Shown here one piece after another: positions 21,558 through 30,229 of a DNA stretch of 42,913 bases (the stretch's first letter is position 1; each line of letters begins with the position of its first letter). The position numbers were made by a program, and so were the translations under genes. The notes under the pieces are model-generated. The model had not been told where the DNA came from. It saw nothing but the letters and a program-made list of their open reading frames with translations, and did no database searches. Source of the stretch: Bacillota bacterium (lineage in GTDB: Bacteria; Bacillota; Clostridia; Christensenellales; Aristaeellaceae); assembly GCA_009787135.1 (NCBI GenBank), contig WRGP01000254.1, forward strand, positions 1-42,913. The letters run 5' to 3'.

Positions 21558-22068
21558 CGCGAAACCCCTGCGGGTCGCGGACATTTTAACGGACTCGATT
21601 GTGGACGGACCAGGCCTTCGGCTGGCCGTGTTCACGCAAGGGTGCCCGCACCGCTGCGCTGGCTGCCATAATCCGCGGAGCCATGATCCCGTGGGCGGAT
21701 ATGAGGTTTCTATTGCGGGCATCATGGATAGCATCCAAAAAAACCCGCTGCTGGCGGGCATTACGCTGACAGGCGGCGAACCGATGGAGCAGGCGGCCGC
21801 GTGTCTTTCTCTTGCGCGCGCTCTCCCCGCCGGGCTTTCCCTCTGGCTGTACAGCGGGTATACCTATGAAGAAATTCGGCAAAGCGGCGACGCGAGCCGG
21901 ATCGCGCTGCTGGAAGCGTGCGACGTGCTGGTGGACGGACGGTTCGAAATAGAGAAGCGTTCCCTGGCGCTCCCGTATCGCGGCAGCGCCAACCAGCGGC
22001 TCATCGACATGAAAAAAACCCGCGCGAACGGCGGCCGGGTTATAATGTGGGAAACTACGGCGTGGTAA
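21547..22068 (+). CDS. nrdG: Anaerobic ribonucleotide reductase activating protein (radical SAM)
   Basis: 173 aa with the CxxxCxxC cluster motif CPHRCAGCHN. It overlaps the nrdD 3' end by 11 nt. Confidence 0.93.
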   Translation: MACDAKPLRVADILTDSIVDGPGLRLAVFTQGCPHRCAGCHNPRSHDPVGGYEVSIAGIMDSIQKNPLLAGITLTGGEPMEQAAACLSLARALPAGLSLWLYSGYTYEEIRQSGDASRIALLEACDVLVDGRFEIEKRSLALPYRGSANQRLIDMKKTRANGGRVIMWETTAW

Positions 22069-22071
22069 CCG

Positions 22072-22242
22072 CTATTCGTTGCGGGTCATGTTGTCCGCAT
22101 AATCGCGAAGGGACGCGATGGAGTTGATGCCGTCCGGCCGGTCGTTGATGGCGGTGCGCACGTAGAAGGGAAGCTGTTCAAACAGCTCGCGCGCTTCGGG
22201 CTCATTGCGCAGAAGCTCATGCAGGTCCGGATACTTTTTCAT
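22072..22242 (-). CDS. Small hypothetical protein (56 aa), below the 60-aa cutoff of the ORF track
   Basis: Hand translation of the minus strand gives ATG at 22242 preceded by GAGGTG with a 6-nt spacing. The product is MKKYPDLHELLRNEPEARELFEQLPFYVRTAINDRPDGINSIASLRDYADNMTRNE, ending at TAG 22072-22074. Codons are G/C-ending, as in the host. It converges on nrdG with a 3-nt gap. Confidence 0.55.
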   Translation of the reverse strand: MKKYPDLHELLRNEPEARELFEQLPFYVRTAINDRPDGINSIASLRDYADNMTRNE

Positions 22243-22492
22243 TCTTTTCACCTCGGATACAGTATGGCCGCGCGGCGGATTTGATATACTCCGCGGCCCC
22301 GTGCACCGAGCCCGTTCGGGGCGGGCAAAAGCCGAGCGCTGGCGGCAAGAAACCGGCGCGAACGCGCGGCAGAAGGCTGCGCCCGGCGGCGGGGGCCGCG
22401 GCTTGGCGGAAAAACAGCCGCCGGGTTATGGCAAAATCTATCGGGAATTGGCATCAATCCATCGCAAAATGATACTGCGCGATGAATGGCGG

Positions 22493-22522
22493 GGGACCGC
22501 CGGATCCGTCTTGCGGCGGCCC
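22493..22522 (-). terminator. GC-rich stem-loop downstream of the 67-aa ORF (possible terminator, no U-tract)
   Basis: In gggaccgccg-gatccgtcttg-cggcggccc the arms pair over 9 bp with one bulged A. It starts about 10 nt after the stop at 22532. The lack of a T-run weakens the call. Confidence 0.3.
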
Positions 22523-22531
22523 ACGCATCGC

Positions 22532-22735
22532 TTACAAATCACCGCCGCTTAGGTTCTGTTCCTCCCCCACCTTTGGCTTATGAATGGCGTACAGGTCGGC
22601 GTATGCTTCCGCGGCGTCTTCATCCTGTACGGGCGCGGGCATAAGCCCCGTGCATTCGGTGAAGGACGCGATATTCTCCGCGTCGTAAAGGGGCTCCCGT
22701 ACGGGCTTCCTGTCCTTCCTTAGGTTCTTGGCCAT
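22532..22735 (-). CDS. Small hypothetical protein (67 aa)
   Basis: ORF 22532-22789 trimmed to ATG 22735, which is preceded by AAAGGAGG with a 7-nt spacing. The product is MAKNLRKDRKPVREPLYDAENIASFTECTG.... I recognised no family. Confidence 0.6.
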   Translation of the reverse strand: MAKNLRKDRKPVREPLYDAENIASFTECTGLMPAPVQDEDAAEAYADLYAIHKPKVGEEQNLSGGDL

Positions 22736-22828
22736 TGTTCCGCCTCCTTTTTGCCTTGGCAAAGACGACGTTATTATATGAAAAAGCATGGGCGATTATT
22801 TGCGGGGGAGTTTCACACGGACTTCACG

Positions 22829-24241
22829 CTAATACCCCAGCGTCACCGCCCTGTTCAGCACGTTTCTCGCGATCGGCGCGGCCACGCTTGACCCCGCGCC
22901 GCCCCGCTCGACCACCACCGCGATCGCAAGCGGGTGTTCCGCGCTGTCCGCGAACCCAACAAACCAGGCGTGCGTGTTAATGCTCTTATCGTCGCTCGCC
23001 TCCGCGCTCCCTGTTTTGCCCGCGACGGTCACCCCGTCCATCCTGGCCTGCGATCCCGTGCCGGACACAACGGTGGCGATCATATAATTTTTGATCGTCT
23101 GCGCGACGGCCGCGGCGCAAGCACGCTTATACGTGCGGCTGGGAAGCAGCGTCCGGCTGCCGCCCTTTGCCGTAGTCACGGACAGCATCAGCCGCGGCTC
23201 CATCATCACGCCGTCGTTGGCAATCGCGCCGGCGATCATGGCCATGTGCAGCGGAGTCGCCAGCACGCGGCCCTGCCCCACGCCAGACCAGGCCAGATCG
23301 TCTTTGTTCTGGTTCGTCGTGGGGTATTGCGCGTTGTATACCACCATATCCCGAAACAAAAAGTTGTCCCCAAAGCCAAAGGAAGACGCCGTCTGCGACA
23401 GGCGGTTGTACCCCAGTTCCAGCGAGAGGCTGGCGAAGACCGTGTTGCAGCTTCGCGCGAACGCCTGCTGCATCGTCACGCGGCCATGCACCTGGCCTGA
23501 CGCCTCGGTCACCGTGGTCCTGTCCACCACCAGCGTGCCGGTGCACTCCGCCTCCCTGTCCGCCACGCCGATGATATTGTCCAGGGCGGAGGCCATGGTG
23601 ATAATCTTGAACGTCGAGCCCGGCGGGTAGAGCCCCTGCGTGGCGCGGTTGACCAGCGCGCCGTTGTCCGCGCCGCTGTTCATCGTGGCGTTGATGTCGC
23701 GCGGGTCAAAGTCCGGATAGGAGGTGGAGCAGAGCACCTCCCCTGTTTTCCAATTGAGCACCACAATCGCGCCGCCTTGGTACCGCTTGAGCAGGCTTGC
23801 CGCGTATTCGCATAGCTCCGCGTCGATCGTCAGGCGCACGTCGTCACCCCGCGCCGGCTGGCCGGAAAACAGCCGCTCCGCCCTGTCCAAGATGCCGGAA
23901 TTGAACCCGAGCAGATAGCCGGCCATGAACGTCTCCACGCCGTTGGCCACGATGCCGCGGCTGTCTCCCACCACATGGGAAACAGCCTGCCGCATGCCCG
24001 TATGGCGAGGGTACGCGCGTTTGCCGTCCGCAGCCGTCGTCGCCAGGACCAGGCCGTTGCGGTCCATGATATCGCCGGTGATCACATTCTGCTTCTGGTC
24101 GTTCAGGCGCGGGTTGTTCGCGCTGGCGAACCAGCGGCCGCCATAGAAATACACCGAATAGGAAAAATACGCGCCCAGCCCAATAAAAAGAAGGGCAAGC
24201 ATCAGCGCCAGCAGCCGGATGTTATGCCGCAGCTTCTTCAT
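22829..24241 (-). CDS. Class B penicillin-binding protein (peptidoglycan D,D-transpeptidase, PBP2/PbpA/FtsI family)
   Basis: An N-terminal membrane anchor and the three transpeptidase motifs: SxxK (GSTFK), SxN (SCN) and KTG (KTGSA). It overlaps the upstream RodA/FtsW stop by 4 nt. Confidence 0.93.
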   Translation of the reverse strand: MKKLRHNIRLLALMLALLFIGLGAYFSYSVYFYGGRWFASANNPRLNDQKQNVITGDIMDRNGLVLATTAADGKRAYPRHTGMRQAVSHVVGDSRGIVANGVETFMAGYLLGFNSGILDRAERLFSGQPARGDDVRLTIDAELCEYAASLLKRYQGGAIVVLNWKTGEVLCSTSYPDFDPRDINATMNSGADNGALVNRATQGLYPPGSTFKIITMASALDNIIGVADREAECTGTLVVDRTTVTEASGQVHGRVTMQQAFARSCNTVFASLSLELGYNRLSQTASSFGFGDNFLFRDMVVYNAQYPTTNQNKDDLAWSGVGQGRVLATPLHMAMIAGAIANDGVMMEPRLMLSVTTAKGGSRTLLPSRTYKRACAAAVAQTIKNYMIATVVSGTGSQARMDGVTVAGKTGSAEASDDKSINTHAWFVGFADSAEHPLAIAVVVERGGAGSSVAAPIARNVLNRAVTLGY

Positions 24242-25551
24242 GGCAGCGCCTCCCTTTCCTCGGCCATGCGCTCATCCGCCTCGCGGTCCTCCGCGTTTTG
24301 CGCGGCCACGCCGCACAGAAGGCCCATGATGCCCATGCACGATACGAGCGACGTGCCGCCATAGCTTAGGAACGGCAGCGTAATCCCCGTCAACGGAATG
24401 AGCTTAATGACCCCGCCGATGATCACAAAGGTCTGCAGGCCTATGAGCAGCGAGCAGCCCAGGGCCAGCAAGGAATGGAACGACGTGCGCGCCTGGAGCG
24501 AAATGGCCAGGCCGCGCATGACGATGATCACATATAGCCCCACGACGCACAGCCCAAACAGGATGCCGAGCTGTTCGCAAAGCACCGCGAAGATAAAATC
24601 CGTCGAATACGCGGGGATCGCGCGGCTCTTGCCCATGCCAAGACCCAGGCCGAACAGCCCGCCGCTGCCAATGGCTGTCAGCGCCTGCACCAGTTGATAC
24701 CCTGTGCCCAGCGCGTCCGACCAGGGGTTCCGCCAGATCGCCACGCGCGTCTTCACGTGCGCGAACATCTGGTAGCCCATAATGGCCGCGCCCACGCCGC
24801 CTACGCCGCCCAGCAGCGTTAAGGGAAGGTTCGACGAGGCCGCCCAATACATGAGAAGCGTGACGAGGTAATACATCAGCGCGGTGCCCAGGTCTTTTTG
24901 CAGCATCAGCGTGGCCAGGCAGGCCACGGCAAAAAGCAAGCCCGGCAGCATGCCTTTAATGCCGCGAAGCGAGCTGAAAAATTGTGCGAGAATCAAAAGC
25001 AAAAATATTTTAACCAATTCGCTCGGCTGGAAGGATCCGATCAAAGGGATGATGATCCAGTTCTTCGCGCCAAACGTCTCTTGGCCAATCGCCACGGGCA
25101 GCAGCAGCAGCGCGACGCCAGCCACAATCAGGAACCAGCATATGCCGCGCCAATCCTTCATCACCCGTATGGCCATCGCGCATACCGAGAACATCAGCAT
25201 GCCGCCCAAAACGATCCACATATGGCGCAGGCCCCGCTCCGGCGATAGCCCGTACAGCAGAATGACGCCCAAGCCGCACAGGAAGCTCATGAGCATCACC
25301 AGCATGGCGTCCGCCTTCAGGCGCTTCGCCAGAAACAGTACGGACACCCACGCCATCAAAGGCAGCAGCCCCAGCATAATCGCCGTCCAATCAAACGGAT
25401 TGCCGCGCAAAACGAGCAGAAGGCACGCCGTGCCCTCAAAGAGCATGATCGCGCTCAGCGTCATCCGCGTGGCGTTACGCCTGCCGGCGCGTTTCTTTTT
25501 CTTTTTTACAGGCTCTTCCTCACGGCTATGCCTGCGGCCACGTCGCGCCAC
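24238..25551 (-). CDS. FtsW/RodA/SpoVE family (SEDS) peptidoglycan glycosyltransferase
   Basis: Polytopic membrane protein with typical SEDS C-terminal blocks (GSGGLFGLGLG...IPAYSTDFIFA, LPFLSYGGTS). The N-terminus is uncertain. GTG 25551 gives a very basic 30-aa tail and a 26-nt overlap with the FHA gene. ATG 25464 is the alternative. Confidence 0.92.
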   Translation of the reverse strand: MARRGRRHSREEEPVKKKKKRAGRRNATRMTLSAIMLFEGTACLLLVLRGNPFDWTAIMLGLLPLMAWVSVLFLAKRLKADAMLVMLMSFLCGLGVILLYGLSPERGLRHMWIVLGGMLMFSVCAMAIRVMKDWRGICWFLIVAGVALLLLPVAIGQETFGAKNWIIIPLIGSFQPSELVKIFLLLILAQFFSSLRGIKGMLPGLLFAVACLATLMLQKDLGTALMYYLVTLLMYWAASSNLPLTLLGGVGGVGAAIMGYQMFAHVKTRVAIWRNPWSDALGTGYQLVQALTAIGSGGLFGLGLGMGKSRAIPAYSTDFIFAVLCEQLGILFGLCVVGLYVIIVMRGLAISLQARTSFHSLLALGCSLLIGLQTFVIIGGVIKLIPLTGITLPFLSYGGTSLVSCMGIMGLLCGVAAQNAEDREADERMAEEREALP

Positions 25552-26176
25552 GCTCTTTACCCCTGTTTCTGCGTATTTTTACGGTGAGCGCCGGCTTTGG
25601 CAGCTCAACCCGGCTGACCGGCGCCGCCGCGGGCGCCTGATCCCCGCGCGCCTGATCCTCGCGCGCCTCTTCTATTCTTACCCTCGCGCGTTTTTTTATC
25701 GGTTCCTCGCCGGAGAGCAATATGCCCGCGAACAAGCGCAGCTGCAACGTCACGCCGCCCGTGCGCAGCGTCGCGCCATGGCGCAATATCGCCTCCCTGC
25801 GCACCCATTCACCATCTACCTCAATCGTGTTCGGGTGCCGAGGCAGCATGTGCAGGCCGTCTTTTCGCAGGTAAAAGCGGGCGACCCGGCTGGGCACCGC
25901 CTTGCTTTGGACGCGTATGTCGCAGGCGCGGCCGCTCCCCACCCAGCCGTCGCGCGAGGCGCGCAGGACCATTCCCTCCGGCATGGCCTCTTCTTGGGAG
26001 AGAACCACCGCCCATTCGCCGATGAACCCGGCGTCCAGCAGGCGGCCGCGCATGCGCTGGCTTTGGCTGGCATCCTTGCGTATCCATTGAATGGCGCGCC
26101 AGACGATGATCAGCACAAGCAGCGCGAACCAGTACCGTAAGGTATACGCGAGGACGGCATAGATTGACTCGTTCAT
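25526..26176 (-). CDS. Membrane-anchored FHA-domain protein
   Basis: ORF 25526-26446 trimmed to ATG 26176 ([26 protein letters not shown]..., one TM helix). The upstream part would overlap the divergent mnmG start. The FHA-like core is [24 protein letters not shown]...IEVDGEWV...[10 protein letters not shown]. There is no SD (see the leaderless finding). Confidence 0.8.
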   Translation of the reverse strand: MNESIYAVLAYTLRYWFALLVLIIVWRAIQWIRKDASQSQRMRGRLLDAGFIGEWAVVLSQEEAMPEGMVLRASRDGWVGSGRACDIRVQSKAVPSRVARFYLRKDGLHMLPRHPNTIEVDGEWVRREAILRHGATLRTGGVTLQLRLFAGILLSGEEPIKKRARVRIEEAREDQARGDQAPAAAPVSRVELPKPALTVKIRRNRGKERGATWPQA

Positions 26177-26291
26177 ATGGATAGCATACCATGAAGGGCA
26201 TGGCGTGGCAAGGTGCGCAATGAAGTGCGTCACGGTCATTTCCCCTCTTCCCCTCGCCACCCCTTCATGGTATACTACCCTCATGAACGAA
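26167..26291. repeat. Imperfect 31-bp inverted repeat carrying mirrored extended -10 promoters and the start codons of the divergent FHA and mnmG genes
   Basis: The left arm, reverse-complemented, reads gCCCTTCATGGTATgCTAtCCatATGAACGAg. The right arm reads cCCCTTCATGGTATaCTAcCCtcATGAACGAa. About 26 of 31 positions match by hand alignment. Each arm contains TGgTAT(G/A)CT followed by 6 nt and then ATG. Confidence 0.85.
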
Positions 26292-28076
26292 ACCTCCTTC
26301 GACCTCGCCGTCGTCGGCGCCGGCCACGCCGGCTGCGAGGCCGCGCTGGCTGCCGCCAGAATGGGCGTCAAAACCCTGCTTCTCACCATGAACCTTGACG
26401 CCGTCGCCACGATGCCCTGCAACCCCTCGGTCGGCGGCACGGGCAAGGGTCATCTCGTCCGCGAGCTGGACGCGCTCGGCGGTGAGATGGGGCTTGCCAT
26501 TGACGATACTTTGATCCAGTCCCGCATGCTGAACACCGGCAAAGGCCCCGCCGTGCATTCCCTGCGCGCCCAGGCGGATAAGCGCGCCTACCAGCGCCGC
26601 ATGCTCTCCGCGCTGCTAAACCAGGAGGGTTTGGAACTTCGCCAGGCCGAAGCGTCGGATTTCCTTATAGAATCCGGCCGCGTCGCGGGCGTTCGCACGC
26701 TCACCGGCGGCGTGATCCCCTGCCGGGCCGTAATCGTCGCGACGGGCGTATACCTGAAAAGCCGCGTCATCATCGGCGAAGCCCAGTGGGAAAGCGGCCC
26801 GCAAGGCTTTGGCGCGTCGCTCGCGCTATCCGGCGCCCTCACGCGGCTTGGCTTTCCCCTGCGCCGTTTCAAGACTGGCACCCCCGCCCGCGTGGATGGC
26901 CGCAGCATAGATTTTAGCAAAATGACGCCGCAGCCGGGCGACGAGCCCATCGTCCCCTTTTCCTTTCTCACGAACCGCCCGCTCCAAAACAAGGCGCAAT
27001 GCTATCTGACGTGGACAGGCGAACAAACCCATGAGATCATCCGTCAAAACCTCCGCCGCGCTCCCATGCTCACCGGCGCGATCCAGGGCACGGGCGCGCG
27101 CTACTGCCCCTCCATTGAGGATAAAATCGTCCGCTTCGCGGACAAGGACCGCCATCAGATCTTTCTGGAGCCGGAAGGCCTTGAGAGCGTGGAATGGTAT
27201 GTACAGGGCATGTCCTCCTCCATGCCGGAGGATGTGCAGCGCGCCATGTACGCCACCGTCCCGGGCCTTGAGAACGCGAAGCTGCTTAGGCTCGCCTACG
27301 CCATTGAGTATGACTGTATCGATCCTCAGCGCCTCAAACCCACGCTGGAGGCGCGGGACATCTCCGGCCTGTTCTTCGCCGGGCAGATCAACGGCACGTC
27401 TGGCTATGAGGAAGCCGCCGTGCAAGGGCTGCTCGCGGGCATCAACGCGGCGCTGTCCCTCAACGCGCGCCCGCCCCTGGTGCTTACGCGCGAGCAGGCG
27501 TACATCGGCGTGCTCATTGACGATCTGACCACCAAAGGCGTCAGCGAGCCCTACCGCATCATGACCTCGCGGGCTGAGTATCGTCTGCTGCTAAGGCAGG
27601 ACAACGCCGACCTGCGCCTGACCGAAATAGGCGGCCAAGCGGGCCTGGCCAGCGCCGAGCGCCTCTTGCAAACGCGTGCAAAGCGCGACCGCACGCGGGA
27701 GGCCATCCGGCTGATCACCTCCCTCCGCCTGGACGCTCTGCTGCGAAGGCCGGAGGTCACCTTCGACGATCTCGTCAGCCGGGAGCCGTCCCTTTCCGCC
27801 ATTGATCCCGCCGCCAGCGAGCAAGCCGTTATTGAGATCAAATACGAGGGTTACCTGCGCAAACAGGCGTCCGCCATCGCTCGCTTCCAGCGAATGGAAC
27901 AACGCCTGCTGCCGGAGGATACGGATTATCTCATCATCCCCGGCCTGCGCATGGAGGCGCGCCAGCGGCTCAGCGCGCTCCGCCCCCGCTCGCTCGGGCA
28001 GGCGGGCCGAATTTCGGGCGTTTCCCCCGCGGATATCGCGGTGCTGGCCATTTGGCTGCATAAAGCAAACCCATGA
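26283..28076 (+). CDS. mnmG: tRNA uridine-5-carboxymethylaminomethyl(34) synthesis enzyme MnmG (GidA)
   Basis: FAD Rossmann motif right at the N-terminus ([23 protein letters not shown]), plus conserved [11 protein letters not shown]-type ([11 protein letters not shown]) and [11 protein letters not shown] blocks. Start ATG 26283. The track's upstream extension to 26205 is not conserved-looking. Confidence 0.96.
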   Translation: MNETSFDLAVVGAGHAGCEAALAAARMGVKTLLLTMNLDAVATMPCNPSVGGTGKGHLVRELDALGGEMGLAIDDTLIQSRMLNTGKGPAVHSLRAQADKRAYQRRMLSALLNQEGLELRQAEASDFLIESGRVAGVRTLTGGVIPCRAVIVATGVYLKSRVIIGEAQWESGPQGFGASLALSGALTRLGFPLRRFKTGTPARVDGRSIDFSKMTPQPGDEPIVPFSFLTNRPLQNKAQCYLTWTGEQTHEIIRQNLRRAPMLTGAIQGTGARYCPSIEDKIVRFADKDRHQIFLEPEGLESVEWYVQGMSSSMPEDVQRAMYATVPGLENAKLLRLAYAIEYDCIDPQRLKPTLEARDISGLFFAGQINGTSGYEEAAVQGLLAGINAALSLNARPPLVLTREQAYIGVLIDDLTTKGVSEPYRIMTSRAEYRLLLRQDNADLRLTEIGGQAGLASAERLLQTRAKRDRTREAIRLITSLRLDALLRRPEVTFDDLVSREPSLSAIDPAASEQAVIEIKYEGYLRKQASAIARFQRMEQRLLPEDTDYLIIPGLRMEARQRLSALRPRSLGQAGRISGVSPADIAVLAIWLHKANP

Positions 28077-28131
28077 ACCGCCTCATGCGTTTGAAAAAGA
28101 AGGGACGCCGTCCCCCTGAACAGGAGGGCCC

Positions 28132-28602
28132 ATGGAGCATGAAAAATGGATGCGGCTGGCGCTTGAGGAAGCCGCCGGCGCCGGGGCAAGGGGTGAAATC
28201 CCCGTAGGCGCTGTGGTCGTCTTTGGGGGCGCCGTGATCGCCGCGGCCGGCAATTCGCGCGAATCCACAAACGACCCAACGGCACACGCGGAGATGCTCG
28301 CCCTGCGGGCCGCGGCAGCAAAGCTTGCCAGGCGGCGTCTCATGGGCTGCACCCTCTACGTCACGCTGGAGCCATGCCCCATGTGCGCGGGCGCCATCGC
28401 CATGGCGCGGCCGGACGCCGTCGTCTTTGGCAGCCGGGACCGCCGGGCGGGCTGCTGCGGCAGCGTCTACCGCCTGACGGAAGACCCGGCGCTCGGCCTT
28501 GGCGTCGTGCCCGCCCACGGCGGCGTGCTGGCCGGTGCGTGCGCCGAACTTCTGCATGAATTCTTTAAAAATAAACGCGAATCCGAGGCGTCGCAAAAGT
28601 AG
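28132..28602 (+). CDS. tadA: tRNA adenosine(34) deaminase
   Basis: CDA-fold zinc motifs HAE (TAHAEMLAL) and PCxxC (EPCPMCAGA). The 156-aa size is typical of TadA. Confidence 0.92.
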   Translation: MEHEKWMRLALEEAAGAGARGEIPVGAVVVFGGAVIAAAGNSRESTNDPTAHAEMLALRAAAAKLARRRLMGCTLYVTLEPCPMCAGAIAMARPDAVVFGSRDRRAGCCGSVYRLTEDPALGLGVVPAHGGVLAGACAELLHEFFKNKRESEASQK

Positions 28603-28614
28603 GAGGCAATTCAC

Positions 28615-29313
28615 ATGGTCACCATTCAATGCCTGCGGTGCGGCGAGGAAATGCGGGTCAAAGAGGGCAGGATGCCCCGCGTGTGCCCCTTCTGCGGCAA
28701 GCCGTTCGCCGAGGAGCCCGATCCAATGGCCCTGTCGCCGCTGGACGAGCGCTTGTTGAAAGAGCGCAGTCCCCAGAAAAAATACAGGATGATCCAGGAG
28801 GCGCTGTCCGCCGCGCCCAACGACTTTTCGGCAAACCGCGCGCTCCTCTTTCACGGCCGCCTCCACGAGCCGATGCGCGGCAATGGCGTTGATTTTTCCA
28901 TCATCAAATCCCATCTGTTCAGCGTGTTCGAAAAGCCCGAGGCATACGGCAATGCCGCGTTGGAAGCGAAATATGACGAGCTGCTGCGCGGGCCGCAGCT
29001 TCAAAAAACCATGTCGCTCGCGCCGGACGCCGAAAAGTTCTTTGAAGCTTACCTGCGCCGCCTCGCGCGCGAGTATATCGATCTTTTCATCCGCGGCGCC
29101 AGCAGAAACAACCAATCGGTATTCGGCTTCGCGCTCAGGGACGATTCCGTCGCGCGCAAGTGCGTCGCGCCGGTCAGGCGGATGCTCCGTTCCATCCGCG
29201 CAAGCGAGCGGCTGGATGATCAAACAAAATTGCTGCTGCTTGACGCTGTGAAGGACGGCTATGCGAGTTTGTTTCCAAACTTTGGCGATATGCTGGATAC
29301 GCCGGAAGGATGA
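28615..29313 (+). CDS. Hypothetical protein with an N-terminal zinc-ribbon (CxxC...CxxC)
   Basis: 232 aa. AGGAGG lies 9 nt upstream. The N-terminus is MVTIQCLRCGEEMRVKEGRMPRVCPFCG. The remainder is helical-looking with no recognised motif. Confidence 0.7.
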   Translation: MVTIQCLRCGEEMRVKEGRMPRVCPFCGKPFAEEPDPMALSPLDERLLKERSPQKKYRMIQEALSAAPNDFSANRALLFHGRLHEPMRGNGVDFSIIKSHLFSVFEKPEAYGNAALEAKYDELLRGPQLQKTMSLAPDAEKFFEAYLRRLAREYIDLFIRGASRNNQSVFGFALRDDSVARKCVAPVRRMLRSIRASERLDDQTKLLLLDAVKDGYASLFPNFGDMLDTPEG

Positions 29314-29390
29314 ACCTCGCGGCCCTCTCCCGCCCGCCTCATTTTTTGCGTTTCGCCCGTGAAAATGGTATGATATAAGGAGGGTTACGG

Positions 29391-30206
29391 ATGCGCAGGG
29401 TGCCCGCATGGCAGCGGCTCGTTTCGGAAGGTTTTTTTGCCGCCCGGGGCGAGGCCGAGCGCTGGATTCTCGCGGGCAAGGTGCGCGCGGGGGAGATTCC
29501 CGTCACCAGCGCGGGGCAGCCTGTCGCCGCAGACGCGCCGCTTGCCGTGCGCGGCCTTGCCCAGCCGTATATCGCCAAGGGCGGCCTTAAGCTGGAAAGC
29601 GCGCTGCAAGCCTTTTCCGTTGCCGTCAGAGGCCGCGTATGCATCGACGCGGGCGCGTCTACGGGCGGCTTCACGGATTGCCTTGTGAAGCACGGCGCGT
29701 CCAGGGTGTATGCCGTGGATGCCGGTTTTGGGCAATTGGCCGGAAGCTTGCGGCAGCACCCTTCGGTCGTGAATCTGGAGCGCACGAATATTGGGGAGGA
29801 AGCGCTCCTTTCGCTCGATCCCAGGCCTTCGCTTGGCACGGTTGACCTCTCGTACCTTTCCCTGCGCAAAGCGGTTCCTCAATTCGCGCGCATCCTGCAC
29901 GGGCAGGGGGATTTGCTCTGCCTGGTCAAGCCGCTCTTTGAGATAGACGACGCGGAGGCCCGCCGCACCGGCAATATTCCGCCGGGCGCATACGAGCCGC
30001 TGCTTATGTCGCTGGCGGATGATTTTCAGCGGGACGGATACCGCCTGTGCGGTGTCACGCACAGCCCCGTCACCGGCAACAACGGCACGCTGGAGTTTTT
30101 CCTTTGGCTGTCCATGGAGGCCGCAGCCGGCCTGCCGCCGGGCCCGCTGAAGCTCGCGGTCAGCCGGTCCGTTTCAGCCGCCCGGGCTTTACCCATATAC
30201 CAATAG
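29391..30206 (+). CDS. tlyA: TlyA family rRNA (cytidine-2'-O)-methyltransferase (S4 domain + FtsJ-like MTase)
   Basis: YIAKGGLKLESAL, the SAM-binding CIDAGASTGGFTDCLVKHGASRVYAVDAGFGQL and LVKPLFE motifs. The RBS is AAGGAGGG. Confidence 0.9.
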   Translation: MRRVPAWQRLVSEGFFAARGEAERWILAGKVRAGEIPVTSAGQPVAADAPLAVRGLAQPYIAKGGLKLESALQAFSVAVRGRVCIDAGASTGGFTDCLVKHGASRVYAVDAGFGQLAGSLRQHPSVVNLERTNIGEEALLSLDPRPSLGTVDLSYLSLRKAVPQFARILHGQGDLLCLVKPLFEIDDAEARRTGNIPPGAYEPLLMSLADDFQRDGYRLCGVTHSPVTGNNGTLEFFLWLSMEAAAGLPPGPLKLAVSRSVSAARALPIYQ

Positions 30207-30229
30207 AAAGCAAAGGAGAATCGCTTGCT

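Noticed and set aside
22205-22552. 115-aa plus-strand ORF spanning the GC-rich gap between the two small genes
   Set aside because: It is Arg/Gly/Ala-rich, has no RBS, and overlaps the start of the better-supported 56-aa minus-strand gene and the stop of the 67-aa gene.
25633-25668. 15-nt tandem repeat (GCGCCTGATCC-N4, about 2.4 copies)
   Set aside because: It is in frame within the FHA-protein C-terminal linker, where it encodes [11 protein letters not shown] treat it as coding low-complexity slippage, not a regulatory repeat. It is mentioned under the FHA-SEDS-PBP finding only.
26205-26282. Upstream extension of mnmG (start at 26205) and upstream extension of the FHA ORF to 26446
   Set aside because: The two extensions would overlap each other on opposite strands. 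The conserved MnmG FAD-binding motif begins immediately after ATG 26283. The FHA protein's TM helix begins right after ATG 26176.
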